The notes beneath the pieces are model-generated. The model did not search any database and was not told the origin of the DNA. It saw nothing but the letters and a program-made list of their open reading frames with translations. 64,000 nucleotides of DNA from Diplonema japonicum (Eukaryota > Protista > Euglenozoa: Diplonemea): NCBI GenBank assembly GCA_964019335.1, contig OZ025659.1:310001-374000 (forward strand), written 5' to 3'. The position numbers were made by a program, and so were the translations under genes. Numbering within the stretch: the stretch's first letter is position 1; the number at the start of each line of letters is the position of its first letter. Positions 21,788 to 34,765 of the stretch are shown piece after piece.

Positions 21788-22992
21788 ATGGCATTGAAGT
21801 ATCAGCCCGGGTCATTGGAGAAGAATCTATGCCATCTTGACAGAGGTGCACAAAGCGTGGGGACGCTTGCAACGTGGCTCTCGTTCTATACGGACGATGC
21901 AGCAGTGGTGATGGAGGAGTGGATGGAGCTGTTTAAAAAAAGAAACAAAAATGAAGAGGAAGAGGAAGAAGACTCGGCTACGGACAATGAATTGATTAAT
22001 CTACTCTTCTTATTTCACGAACTCGTAGTGTTGACAAGAGCAAAACCAAAAAGCTACAAGGCAGCTTTCGAAAAGAATCTACCAGAGGTCACATCAACAT
22101 GCACCAGCAAGGCAGTGCAGTACGAACTGCGCAAGCTGCTAGACGTGTGGACCTCGCAAGACATTATAAGCAAGGATATCGTTGAAGAAATTCGTACAAC
22201 ACTTAACATAGCCCCCTATGGTGCTCCGAACTGCACCTCTGCCATACCAGAGCTCATGCAGACCAGTAAACTGATTGAAGAAGTCTCGGAAAGCAAAGAA
22301 CGCTTGTTTTCTACCAGCCGAAAAAGAAAGAAGTGTTCTGATATGACGGAGTACAGGACGATCCTTCACTCAGAGATGAAGGACATAGATGGCGTGCAGA
22401 GGGCTTACAACAAACTGAATACTTATGTGAAAGAGCATGTGCTGACAAAGCTGACTGCAACACTACAGCAACAGGAGGACGAGGTGAAGAGTATTTTGAA
22501 AATAGTAACCAGCATGCAGCAGCCAAAAGAAGCCCCTCGGGAAGAGACCAGGGCGGACCAGAACGCGTCGCCTGTGCCACAGATAGAAGAACTTACAATG
22601 ACTTTCGAAAAGGGGCAGCGAATAGTATGTAAACGAAAAGCGAAACCAGAAACCGCAGGTGTACCGCAAAGGTGAGCCCACCGAGGCGCGTGGCGTGGTG
22701 GTGCTTGTTGATGTTTCGACATCACCCTTCTCCTATCAGGTATACTGTCGGATGAATGAAATTTATTTTACAGGTGCGGCTGGATGATGGCAAAGAGCGC
22801 TTCACCGAAGCCACGCATCTTGTGCCCGATGTGAAAGAGGACGAGGAGCTGGCGGACCTCTTCAATGCTAAGCCTGTCGAGGACGTTGCTGTGGAGGAAG
22901 ATCCATGCGAAGCTGTTAAGTGGAAGGATATCCTAGAGCCGTGCGTTCTGCGAATCATCGATGGGTTCTCAGAGAGTGTAGACAGTGTCTAG
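21788..22992 (+). CDS. CID (RPR) domain protein, RPRD1/Rtt103-like, with C-terminal SH3-like barrel (introns 22625-22658, 22740-22773)
   Basis: N-terminal LEKNL...QSVGTLATW, LFLFHELV and KLLDVW. Spliced C-terminus FEKGQRI|VYRKGEPTEARGVVVLVDVSTSPFSYQ|VRLDDGKERFTE. Confidence 0.78.
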
Positions 22993-23055
22993 CACTTCTC
23001 GGGTTATGTTATTTATTTCTCCATTGAAACTGCGACACTCAGCCACTGCAGGAAG

Positions 23056-24806
23056 ATGGCGCTGTCAGACTTCGACACGGAGGGGGTGGGCTTGCCGTCG
23101 ACGTGGAGGCGTGAACGGAACCCAGTTGAGGTCGAGACGCAAACGCCTTCATTTGACGAGGTGCCCAACGAGGTGCAGACCGTGATCTCATTGTTCTCGA
23201 AGGAAGAAACAACTGACAGAGATATTCAAACTGACGACAAACCACCTGGCGTGCCTGAACCCGTGCAGGACGAGGGTGTTGAAGGTACTGCTCTGTTCCC
23301 TGGTACAAAAGGCGCTGATGACAATGACAAAGTAGCCAAGTTCCTTGACACGGTAACGCCCGGCGTGATGAAGATGATGGAAGCCAATGTCCATTCCTTC
23401 GCGTTCGAAGGCTACGATGTTGCGTGGGATGCAGAGAGGACGACAACAGACGCGGTGCACACCTTGACGGCACCGATGTATGACGACGCTGACCTGGAGG
23501 TGGTCTCCATCTCGTGGAACAGCACAGGGTCTGTAATAGCTGCTGCGTACGGACGTATCGACCTTGTGGGGTGGTGCAAAGGTACTGGCTATGTATGCTG
23601 CTGGAATATCACACGAAAGGAAGTGACAAAACCCGACGTGACGATCATGCACTCCTCGTACATGACCTCAATTGCATTCCACCCCACACACCCTTCCATT
23701 CTCCTGGGTGGTAGTTACACTGGTGAGATCATGGTTTGGGACATCTCGTCAGACGTCCCTTTGGTGGTATCGAGCGACCTACAGGCTGAAGAGTCGCACA
23801 GAGACCCCGTCTGCAAGGTGATGTGGCTCCTGGACCGCACGGCAAGGCCAACAGACATCAACAGATTCGTGATGGCATCTGCCTCAGGCGACGGAAGGAT
23901 TCTCTTCTGGAGCAGAGACCCTAAGAACAAGGTACCGCACTTCGACGCACCTCTTGCAGGCTACGTGTTGAAACCAAGGGCACCTGCCTTAGGTTCGTCT
24001 CGTGTCGATAGTCAGGACAAAGCTTCGATCGATGCACGGGATGAGGTAGGCAACAGAATAGGCATCTTGGGAATGGCAGTCATGTACTCCGATGCTGGCA
24101 TCATTGGAACTAAAAAGGTGCCGGCCACAGACTCACGATTCATCCTGGGCACGGAGAACGGCGGCGTGTATAGATCATCTGTCGACATCCCGAAAATAAA
24201 GACCCAGTACACGTTGAAGTCACTGAAGGTGGGCGCAGAGGCCTACCCCTATGAATCGCACTACGGCCCTGTACAGGCATGCTCGTCGTCTCCTTTCGAA
24301 CGCAACCTCTTTCTGACTGCAAGCTCAGATGGCACAGCTAAGCTGCGTAATGTGCTGGAAAGCACACTTCTTACTCTTGAACCCTCCAACTCTGCGGAGG
24401 ACTACATATATTGCGCAGAGTTTTCCCCCTTCCGTCCTTGTGTCATAGCACTTGGCATGCGGAACTCCACTCTTGTATTGTACGACCTTGAGGTATGCAC
24501 ACAAATCGAAGATACCACTGCACAGGCAAGCACCGTGAAGCCTCTCACAGTCGAAGCAGGCGATGGGCAGCCCGTCATAGCTCTTGCATTTAACCACACG
24601 GACAACTCCCTCATAGCTACCGGCGACGGCAGGGGGCAGCTGAAGATATGGCAGCTTCCCAACAACCTTACACAGCTATCTAAAGTATGCATGCACGACC
24701 TGTACACACCACCACATAGGGCGAACAGCAGCTACTCCAAACCCCCGTCTCAGAAGATCGCAAGAAGAAGGACTGCTGGTTTAGAATGACCGGACTCGTC
24801 TTTTAG
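23056..24806 (+). CDS. WDR34: Dynein-2 intermediate chain WDR34/FAP133 (introns 24493-24525, 24685-24719)
   Basis: Motifs SWNSTGSVIAAAYGR, GWC, AFHP...GGSYTGEI, SPFERNLFLT and FSPFRP. Splicing gives the end ...CWFRMTGLVF*. Confidence 0.92.
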
Positions 24807-24886
24807 ACTAATACTTTAACAACAGTGAATACTGCTTCGCTTGCGTTTATTCAAATTTGCACATAGAAACATACACCAGAGATGTG

Positions 24887-27800
24887 ATGCCTGGAGAGGC
24901 CATAATAGAACACCATGTGGATGATAAGGAGGGAGAGCCAAATCAAACTCATGTGAAGGAAGAGGAGAAACCGGTTAAACGATCTAAGAAAGGGAAAAAG
25001 GACAAAACAAAAGAAAAGAGAAAAGAAGAAGAACCGAAGAAAGAAAAATCAAAAGATCTGACCCAGGATCGTTCGGAGCGGAGGGCAGAGAGGAAGAAAA
25101 CTCGCAGCAGGTCAAGGTCGAAGAAGAAGGAAAAGAAAGAACATGATAAAAGCGAGAGAAGCAAAAGGAGTTTCGATAGCAGGGATTCAGGCCCGGTTCG
25201 CGCAGTCGCGAGGACAGGTAGTGACTCCTCCTTTATCGAGTATGATAAGGGAGATGTGGGGACTTCTAGCGGTGAACATGAACAACATGAGCTGCCGGAG
25301 GAGAGCCAACCTGAACCCATGCCACCTTCGGTGGTGACCGTCCACAACATGACCAACCTTGTGCCCGACCCCCACGTCGTCCACCCCGTTGTCCGCTTCT
25401 GGGTGGTCGATGGCGCCACAGGTGTCGACATCTCCGGCTACTCCTACCCTTATCAAAACCCCCTAAACCACAATTTTGCGGAAACTCTTGAGGCGCATCA
25501 ATCTGCAGCTGCCAATGGTGGTTTCTTTACTTACCCCTGCAATCTACGCGAGCTCAAGGATTTCACACCGAAGTGGGAGGATTCCGTTTCCATTGGTGTC
25601 AATCTCAAAACCCTCACCGAGACATATCCAGAGGCCGTGCTGCTTCTGGAGATCATAGACTGCTCTCGAATGAACGTCCAGAAACAGCTCAAGACACGTA
25701 CGCATTACGGGCCATCTTACGAACGCCAGTTCACTCCTATAGCTTGGGGCTACCTCCGGCTTCGAGGAGTTGTCGGAAAGGCTTCAAATTGCGTCGGGAA
25801 ATTCAGAATACAACTATTTAGAAGCCCCTTGAAGCGGTCCCTTGCTAGAAAGGCCTTCTTACGAGTGTGGCCCTCTGCAATGTATCCAAACACCGCGGTG
25901 CCGATTGCTGCTAGTGTGGTGGACCTGAATGACCCAAGGATCCCACCTATCTTCTACTCCTACTGCGAGACAGTGAACAGGCTAGACAAGTACCCCTCAT
26001 CGCTGCACATTACGCTCGACACAGAAGACGACCGCGACATGATCCCCAGACACGTTAGTGATGGGCTCAGAAAGTTGCTAGAGGACTGCAGGAAGGCCTT
26101 GAACCCCGCACCCTTAGGTGTCGAAGAACAGAATAGGGACCTGGCTGAGAACATCCAAGCAGAAGATATCAAGTTAGATGACCCAATCGAGATCCTCGAT
26201 TGCGCCAGGCGGCGTGCCGAGAAATGTTTACAGCCTGACTTCTTGCAAGCAAGTCTCCCGGCAGGTAGGAAAGGCTGCCTTGCATTGGCCTTTAGCCCCT
26301 GTGGTAACTACCTGGCCCTTGCCGCATGTGAAGAAGGATCAGTTGAGGTACGTGTTCATGACACGAAGTTCGGACCGAACGCGAAGGAAGAAGGAAGCCC
26401 CAGCGACAGGATGGCTTGTCCCCTTGTTGCATCTTTTGAAGGGCACTCCGACACGGTGTACTCGCTGCTTTGGACTGCTGGCAGCAAGCAAATCATTACA
26501 TGTTCGGCTGATTGCACGGCAAAACAATGGCCTTTTATCAAAAATACTGACTTCAGCTGGGCTAAGTATCCCACACGAGAGGAACTGGCGAAGGCGATAC
26601 GAAACGGATCGATTTGCGCGCGCAGCGGTGCTGAGTTCACATTTGTGCACCCTTGCTATGTGTACACGGCAGTACACCACCCACTGGGGGAGATGCTTAT
26701 CACCGGAGGATTCGATGACACGCTGCGGTGCTGGAGCACTGTGTCGGGTAGCCTGATGAAGTCATTCAAAGCGACTCCTAAATCATGGGTGGCACACTTG
26801 GCACTAGCAGTTGATGGTTCTATGCTGTTCTCCGCTGATGGACATGGCGAGCTCAAACTGTGGACCGTATCTGGGTTTTCACGTGCTGAAAAGTCACCAA
26901 AGATCGATTCGTGGGCCACCATCGAGGACTTCAAGGGCAAAGGGGTCTCTTGTTTGGCAGTGGACACACCAAAAAAGCACCTCTATGTGTGGACACGTGT
27001 CGACAGCTGCGTAACGTGCATCAACACCAGCACATACTCGAGGTTTTCTCAAGTAAAGCAGTACAGAGGACCAAGATTTGAAAGTTGTGCCATAAAAGGT
27101 TCCTTATCACCTTGTGGAAGCATGGTGTGCACAGGGAGCCCTACAGGAACCATTTTCATTTGGGACACCTCTGCTAACGAAAGTCAGGAAAATGTTAGGT
27201 ACGACTACCAGCAGACAGGTCCTGTGTACAACACAGTGTGGTCCCCCACTGACCACAGAATGGCATTCTCCTCGTACTCTGCTCGACTGAATTTAGTGAC
27301 TGTCTGGTACAGACCGAGGCAAGAGGAAGATGTATCCTTAGTCAAGAGCTATGACACGTCCTGGTTCGGCGCAAAGATGGCAGCAACGCACAGACCGTCG
27401 CTGCCCCCGCAAGAGCACATCACCGACGAGCCTGTTGATACATCACAAGACTGGATGTCGCAGATCATAACGCAGTGGACCAACAGGGTGTCCAAGCGTT
27501 GCCAGCGCCTCATCCAAGCGGGCACCGCAGTTGAGGTCCGTGAAGGCTCGTTCTGGCGCCCTGCAAACGTATCGGGTTGGACGGCGGAAGGCATGTGTTG
27601 CATTGAGTTCGCTGACGGGCGGGCAGGCACAGCGAATGTCCCGCCTGTCCTCGTGCGAAGACTAAAGGGTACCGGGGATGCCACCAATATATCAATGGTA
27701 TGCGCAACACTGATGCCAATATATCACAGGAGCTCACCTCTCCCGCTCGCAAGTCGTCGGGGCTAACCAAAGCTACTGAGGAAATGTTGAAGAAAACAGG

Positions 27801-28026
27801 TTTCCTCCTTGAACGCTATGGGTATGCAACTGCTACTTGAGCTTCACACAATGACAGACTCGAAGACACAGCTGTCGAAGACAAGGAGCTGGACGAGGCA
27901 GGGACTACACTAACAAAGTCGAAAAGGCCTTCACGTGCTTGGGGAGGCACCACGCCAACCATAAAGGAAAAAAAAAGTAAAAAAAGCAGAAGTAAATCAA
28001 AGAAGAGAGAGTCCTCAGAACAGTGA
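24887..28026 (+). CDS. AHI1: Jouberin/AHI1 (C2-like + WD40) with Agenet/Tudor-like C-terminal domain (introns 27698-27729, 27822-27857)
   Basis: Motifs LLLEIID, IAWGYLRL, YPSSLHITL, GC..LAFS..G..LA.A and HPCYVYTA. Splicing extends the frame to TGA 28026. Confidence 0.88.
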
Positions 28027-28379
28027 ACACCCTGAGGGGGATAGCTTTAAAAGCAGAAAAATCTCTTATGTGCATTTCATGGTTTTGGCACAAGCCGGAC
28101 CCGGGGCCAAAGAGCTGCACTTTCTAAACCAACGAATCCATAATCTGAGAAAAAAACCCCACCCCTATTTCCCCTTTCAAATAGATTTGTTATTGAGTAG
28201 TATTCTTGCGTTGTATTCTTTTAATGTTCAACGTTCCTGCTGAAGCTACACTGAAATCACAGACAGGAGGGTAGGGTAGGTGCACGGGAACTTCCTGTGC
28301 AGGATTGGGAACATAAAAATGTCGTTAGTTAGATAATAACAATAAAAAAATGCCGGCGTTACATTATATACAAAAAAAA

Positions 28380-31300
28380 ATGAGCTTAAGCTTAAGAGGC
28401 GCTGTGATGCTGACGTCCGTCGCGATGGTTGCAGCTACTGGCGCCGTGATGTTGTTCTTAAGCACAAGCACCGCAGACTACGCGATTGATGAGATGGTGG
28501 AGTTGAACGACGAGAGTATAGAACAGTGTTTCAAAGCGGGCACTGAGAGTCTCGAATCGCTTGCCGCGATATTGGTGACAAACGTGAACACCGAGATAGG
28601 AAATATTCTTCGCGAAGAGCTGCGTATTTTGGAATTCAGTGGCACCTTCATTGCAAAGCAGTGTTCAATAGGACCTCCTCCTGATGTCAGTGAGACAGAG
28701 TGGCTTGGGGACTCTTTAGCAAAGCTGTTGGTCCACCTGATAGGGTACGATATCTCAAGCTACCGCGTAGGCATTATTATGCCAAGCCCCACAGATGATC
28801 CCTTCGAGATAGCCACACGGGACTTTGTGTGGTATGCTAACAACCCACTTGCGCTACAGCTAGAGAGCAAGCAGCGCATCATGGCTCTTATGCAACGCAT
28901 CAATGGTACGGAGTTGATGGGCACACCCGACAACACAGGCAGGATATCGCCGGACTACCCGTGCGACATCGAGAAACTCCAAAGAGACGCCACCCCCCCC
29001 GGCAGCGGCCCCTGCAGAGTATCACCCCTCTACGGCACACTCGCCTTGTCAAAGATTGACTGGCTCACCCGAATCTTGGGCACTCATGAACCTTTGCATC
29101 CTCACTGGAATACTATGGGTGATTTGCCTACGTTACAAGTGTCCCTTTCTGTTGCTATGCCATGGGTTTTAAACGGTAAAAGGGGTGCTGTGTTTGCTTC
29201 GATATCATTCCATGCCATATCAAGGTTGTTCCACAAGGCAGCAAAAAGGTACCCCGCGGGGATCCGTGTGTATGGGTTCATCAGGGATGACGTAGGGTAC
29301 TTCCTGGTGGGTGTGTCACACGGCGAGTCTGTGCACACGGTAACGCACCGTGCAGAGGAGTTGGGTTTTGGCCCCTACGCAGGGAACATAACTTCGCAAG
29401 GGAAAATGTACGTGCAAGAAGCTACTGACAGTGTGATCCAAGAACACGGCAAGGCAGTCTCGAAACTGCAGCTGCTTATCCTGAATAGCACGTTTACCAC
29501 GAAGAACAATGTGGAGTACCTCTGCAACCTGCAGCACGTGGCAGATGGTCAAGGAGAAGTCATCAACATCGTAGTGCTGTTGCCCAGGTCCGTGGCCCTA
29601 GAGAGTCACAACAGGGAAACGGAAGCAGCTAGGGCATCAATTGTCAGGAACAAGGAGCTCACTGAAGACAAGAGGGCAACGAGCCTTCAAGCCATGATAT
29701 CGGTAGCCTGTGTTGCAGGCATCATCATGTCTTTGGCGAGTGCAGCCTTGAGTTTGAAGATTACAAGATCTCTGAGAAATCTAGCAAAACACATGTCAGC
29801 AGTCGCAGCGATGGATCTTGAGCGAGTGGAAAGAGGCATTACAGAGTCACGGTTCACGGAAGTACGAAAGATGCAGGTGGCCTTCTTGCAAATGGTTGAC
29901 AACTTACGCGTGTACAAGTCGTATATGCCACCGGCTGTTTTTGCAAAGCGCTCGGCCGTCACACCCACATCTTCAGCTCCTGACGAGCCAACTCAGCACG
30001 TGAACCCTACTGACCCTAACCCGCTGTCCCCCACGCTCATAGGAACTCCCCTTGAGATCCAGGCCATTATAGGTCCTAATACTTATTCTCCTAACGAGGA
30101 AGAGGAGGAGGAGAAACATCCCCTCGAACATCTTATCCACATGGGGACACGCGTGCGGAAGGGCAGCATTCTCTCGGTGACCTGCTCTGACACCATCATG
30201 GACGACATTCCAGTTTTCCTGACCACGGCACTGGACGCCATACGCAGGCACAACGGACTCATTCTTTCATTTACTGCCCACCGCGTTATTGCCACATGGA
30301 ACGTGCACCAGTCAGTTGTGCGACATGCTGCCGCCGCTTCCGATTGCGCACTTGACTTAAGTAGTAGGCTCCAGGCCACACCCCATTTGCCCAACTGGGG
30401 CATGGCCGTTGACACGGGGCTTGTGCGCTGCGGAACAGCTGGTGACAACTTGACGCGATCTCTCGTCTGCGTTGGTGGTCCTGTCAACTTCGCCAACAAG
30501 GTCTCGCAGCTTGCGCGACAGCTGGGGGCAAGAATACTAGCATCAGAGGAGGTGGTTGATAGGGTACGGAAGCACATCGAGGCAAGGGTGGTAGACGTGG
30601 TTCCCACGGTGCCCTACCCGAAGTCTGACTCCCTGTCATTTGTGTACGAGCTGAAGGGATTCATTTATGACGAAGGAACAGACAGTTACGCAAGCTACAC
30701 AAATGGCTTCTCCGCCTTCACTCAAGGGGAGTACGCACAAGCCAAGCGATTGCTTACATCGCACCTCCAGTTGAGGCAAGATGACTACCAAGCCAAACGC
30801 TTGCTCAAGCTGGCGCTGCAGGAAGAGCTGCACGGAAGAAAAAGTGTGAAATACGTACGAAACTACTCAGGATGGGAACCGCTGGAGACGACCGACGGAA
30901 TGGAGCTGCCGGATGGCTTGGAGGAGACATTTGCCAATGACACGCTGCGCATGAACAGCACCTATGTGGAGACCGATCCTAGCAATAATGATGCCGACAA
31001 TCTTGAGAAAGAGATTAAACACGCACTGGCAAACCCTGCAAGCGGCAGAGACAAGGTCGTGATGAACGACCCTATGCCCATCATCAAGGCACCTGCACAC
31101 GACACCTTCGAGACCATCACCACAAACACAGCAAGGTCGGGGGCCAGCGTGGCGAGGACGAAAGAGCTCACGTCAACGATGATGACGCTGACAATGCAAT
31201 GGGAAGGGGACGCGGGCAACTTCGATGCACCTGCAAAGGAGTTCACAGACAGAACGGGGGTGCTGTGGAATCGATCAGAGAGGGTACTGGGGAAGGGTGC

Positions 31301-31622
31301 CTACGGTTGTGTTTGGCTAGGCATGTGCGACACGGGGGAATTGTGTGCCTTGAAAACCCTTCCTCTTGAGGGACCCGACCACTCTAGCAAGGAGGTTGAC
31401 ACCCTCATCAACGAGGTGCGTGTGCTGTCGGGTCTGCGTGATGACCACCTTGTTTCCTACATCACGTCGGTGGTCGCAGGACGTCATGTGTTCATTGCAA
31501 TGGAGCTAATGCCCGGTGGGAGTGTAGCTGGGCTGCTGCAGACCTTCTGCACGCTTCCTCCGTCTGCCACCGTCCGGTACACGAAAGACATGCTTAAGGG
31601 ACTGAGGTTCTTGCACACGAAA

Positions 31623-31654
<32 letters not shown>

Positions 31655-32048
31655 TGTTTTGCTGCAGTTAGACGGCACTTGCAAGTTGGCTGACTTCGGT
31701 GCCAGCGAAAGGTTCGGGTTCGCAGGCAAGAAGGGGAAGATAAATGGAACGCCATTGTACATGTCGCCAGACGCGTGCACAGGGGCGGGGACCGAAGCCT
31801 CCGACATATGGGCCTTGGGTATCACTGTAGCCGAGATGCTTACTGGGGAGGTGCCGTATCCAAAAACGCTCAGAAAGCAAGAGCCGTTGGTTTTTATTTA
31901 TCAAATGGTCTCCGGCAGGATTAAGCCGGCCATACCCGACAAGAGCCCGCGATCATCCGAGTTCCTAAAGTCGTGTTTGGCGACTGACCCACAGCAGCGA
32001 CCTTCTGCTGATAACCTGCTGACACACCCCTTCCTGCTGTCAGGTTGA
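28380..32048 (+). CDS. Membrane receptor: 2 TM + extracellular sensor + HAMP + degenerate class III cyclase + STE11/MEKK-like kinase
   Basis: Two TM helices. HAMP-like LRNLAKHMSAVAAMDL...NLRVYKSYMP. Cyclase-like GMAVDTG..CGTAG...VGGPV. Kinase motifs GKGAYG, ALK, HRDLKPAN, DFG and GTPLYMSPD. Intronless. Confidence 0.88.
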
Positions 32049-32886
32049 GCGTAAAGCTGAAGCTACGCATACAGCTAAAGAGGCAAAAATAATAAATAAA
32101 CTCTGTGCCACAGGGGAAAGTGTTTTCTCAATAACTAGCAGCCTCTCCCCCCCCCCCCCCCCCCCCCCCCCCGTGTTCTTCCCATTCGTATTCCGGTTGT
32201 TTTTGTCTTTCCTTTACCTCCTCGTTTCTCTTTTCTTTTTCCCCATTCCTCTTTTCTTGGAGAGTGTTTTCAACCCTATTCCGTTCCCTTGTGACACGGC
32301 TTCACCTTCGGTCACAAACTATAAGGGTTTCTGATACATGCGGGTGGACATAGGCGCTTACGGTGGGCAGAAAGGGTGTATGGTCTGGTTGCAAGCAAGC
32401 TGCGACAAATGGAAAATGGGTTCCTTTAAATTGTCTGTGTTCTTGCCCCGCGTTATTCCTTTTCGAAAAATAATCAGCGCCTGACCATTCTTGAAAGAAG
32501 AACCGGCAACAACATAAATTAAAAAAAAAAAAAGAAGAAGAAGAAAAAAGAAGAGGAAGTGAAAAATAGGGTTTCAAAAACCGTGAATAGAGGGCACCTA
32601 TAGTTGGGTGCGTTGTGTTTTAGGAAAAGCAAAGCTTTTAGAATGCTTCGATAGACGAGGTTCCGTAACGGCAAGCTCCTCGCACCATCACAATAACTCT
32701 GTCCTTCTTTCCTCTTGTCACCATCCCCTTCTTTCTTTACCAATTTTTTCCCCTCTATTTCTATTTTTCATGTTCGGTAAGTTATTTCTTTTTCCTTTGT
32801 TCTCTTTTCGTATCTGTTCATTTGTTTCGGAACTGTGCTGCTGTCTATCCCCACTTTCCATTCAGGTCTAGCTTTGTGATGGTGTG

Positions 32887-34527
32887 ATGCACAGCTTGGC
32901 ACACTCCGTACTTGCGCTGCTCGCGGCAGTGCCCGCATGCATGGGCGCAAGCGGAAACAATTTGTGGAGCATGGGCAACATAGTAGACGAGAACCCTGTG
33001 ACAGTGTTTTTCATGTTCGCGTTTTCAGTGTGTCTTGTAATCGCTATTATGGGGCTGAAGCAGTACGTTGAGAGAAAGACAAAAGACGCGTACCGACGCA
33101 AGGCACTGGATTCCTTTTATGTCGAGCTCATGCTTGTGGGTGTCATCTCCTTCCTCCTCATAATTTCCGCAGAACTCGGCCTCACCAGCTTGCGCATTGA
33201 AATAGGCTGTGACGACGACGACACCACCGCTAACGAGAGCAGCACAAGCAGCTCCTCAGGTTGCGGCTACGGCTTCGATCTGCTGATGTTCGAGTACGCG
33301 CACCTTGTGCTCTTCATCATGGGACTCACTTACGGCGTGTTCATACAGATCTGTTTCTGGTACAGGAAGATGGTGTGCCGCAACTTTCAGGAGATCCAGT
33401 CGAAGACACTGGGTGAGTACTTGAAGAACGGTGGCTCGCGAAAGATATGCTCGCCATTTGGTGCCATCGGACTGAACAAGCAGGGCTGGGCACGCACCGT
33501 TCTTATCATGCGCAGCATCGTGGCCTTGCAACACAAGGACCTTCTCAAGAAGGCCTGCAACAAGAAAGAGCACCAACTTGAACACGCCATCGCTGTTCTC
33601 GAAAAGGAAAAACCACCTGCTGACTTCCCGGACCCAGAAGAGGCACTGGTCAGGTTCGACTTTGCCAAACTGATAGAGATAGCGATGGCGGAAGTGCTAC
33701 TGGAGATGCTGCACGTGAGCCCCTTTGTGTGGATATCGTTAATGTTCATTGCTTCTGCCAACCTCCTCCACAAAGCAGGCGTCGAGCTGTCCCAGGCTAT
33801 CACGGCAACTGCCTTCATCGGTCCCTTTGTCTCTGTTGTTGTGATGTGGAGGCTCATAGTCCACTTGTTCCTTATAGTAAAAAGAGGCTGTGGTCATCCG
33901 AGTCTTCCGTCCATCCAGTTTTACTCATCTGAGGGTAGTAGGCCGTATACCCTTCCGATACCAGAGAAGTACGTGCACTCTGGGCTGTCGTGGGCAACAG
34001 GTGGCCCTGCGCCGTGGGACATCATAACAGGATGCATCCCTGACCATTCAAGGTTTAATTTCCTTGACATACTCGACGCCGGTAACATCAAGACCTTTAT
34101 ACAGGCGAGCATTATGATGTTGTGCTTCTACTACGGACAGCTTGCGATGCTCAGCAGCATGATCGGTGCCGAAAGTGGCGGACTTGTCATAGTACTATAC
34201 TTGATGCCAGTGCCTTCTTTGGCCTTGGTTCTACCCCATTCCATCCTGATGTTCACGATGGTGCACAGGTTGCGCGACCCTCCTGTGCACTGGATAAAAT
34301 ATGCCCTTAGAGAACCCGAAGAAGAGAACGAAGAGAGCGAACGAGACAAAGTCTCTACGCAGTCTGAGGAAGAGGAACTGCAGGTGACCATCAATAGCAT
34401 CACGCCAGCGAGAGTGCCCAGGCGGCATCGACCCACCCTAATCCACCAAGCAGGCGTGAGTAGCATGTTTTCCGAGAGTGGTAGCCCTAATGGGAGAAGA
34501 GCAAGGGCACACACCCTTATATCCTGA
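32887..34527 (+). CDS. MLO: MLO-family multi-pass membrane protein
   Basis: ALDSFYVELMLVGVISFLL (cf. ELMLLGFISLLL), FEYAHLVLFIMG and RFDFAKLI...VSPFVW. Confidence 0.8.
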   Translation: MHSLAHSVLALLAAVPACMGASGNNLWSMGNIVDENPVTVFFMFAFSVCLVIAIMGLKQYVERKTKDAYRRKALDSFYVELMLVGVISFLLIISAELGLTSLRIEIGCDDDDTTANESSTSSSSGCGYGFDLLMFEYAHLVLFIMGLTYGVFIQICFWYRKMVCRNFQEIQSKTLGEYLKNGGSRKICSPFGAIGLNKQGWARTVLIMRSIVALQHKDLLKKACNKKEHQLEHAIAVLEKEKPPADFPDPEEALVRFDFAKLIEIAMAEVLLEMLHVSPFVWISLMFIASANLLHKAGVELSQAITATAFIGPFVSVVVMWRLIVHLFLIVKRGCGHPSLPSIQFYSSEGSRPYTLPIPEKYVHSGLSWATGGPAPWDIITGCIPDHSRFNFLDILDAGNIKTFIQASIMMLCFYYGQLAMLSSMIGAESGGLVIVLYLMPVPSLALVLPHSILMFTMVHRLRDPPVHWIKYALREPEEENEESERDKVSTQSEEEELQVTINSITPARVPRRHRPTLIHQAGVSSMFSESGSPNGRRARAHTLIS

Positions 34528-34765
34528 TTACGTTATGATGGCTTGCCCCGGTCCTCTCCTTTCACGAGGCGATACAGTGCACCGTTGTTTTTGTACAAAA
34601 TGAAGCATCAATGAAAATAGAGGTGCTGTTTCATGTAGAACAGGCACCAGAATAGGAACCCACCGGTCCACGGCCTGTCTGTTGTTATTTAGTCTGCAGT
34701 ATTCATTCGTTAGCTCAGCGCACTTTAAATATAAATGCACAATCATCTCTTCACAGGTTAAAACA

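Noticed and set aside
28127-28135. aaccaacga resembling the 5' end of the diplonemid spliced leader
   Set aside because: The rest of the SL exon and the donor site are absent.
32265-32581. Possible MITE with aaccctatt/aatagggtt ends
   Set aside because: The match is short and imperfect, with no TSD or second copy visible.
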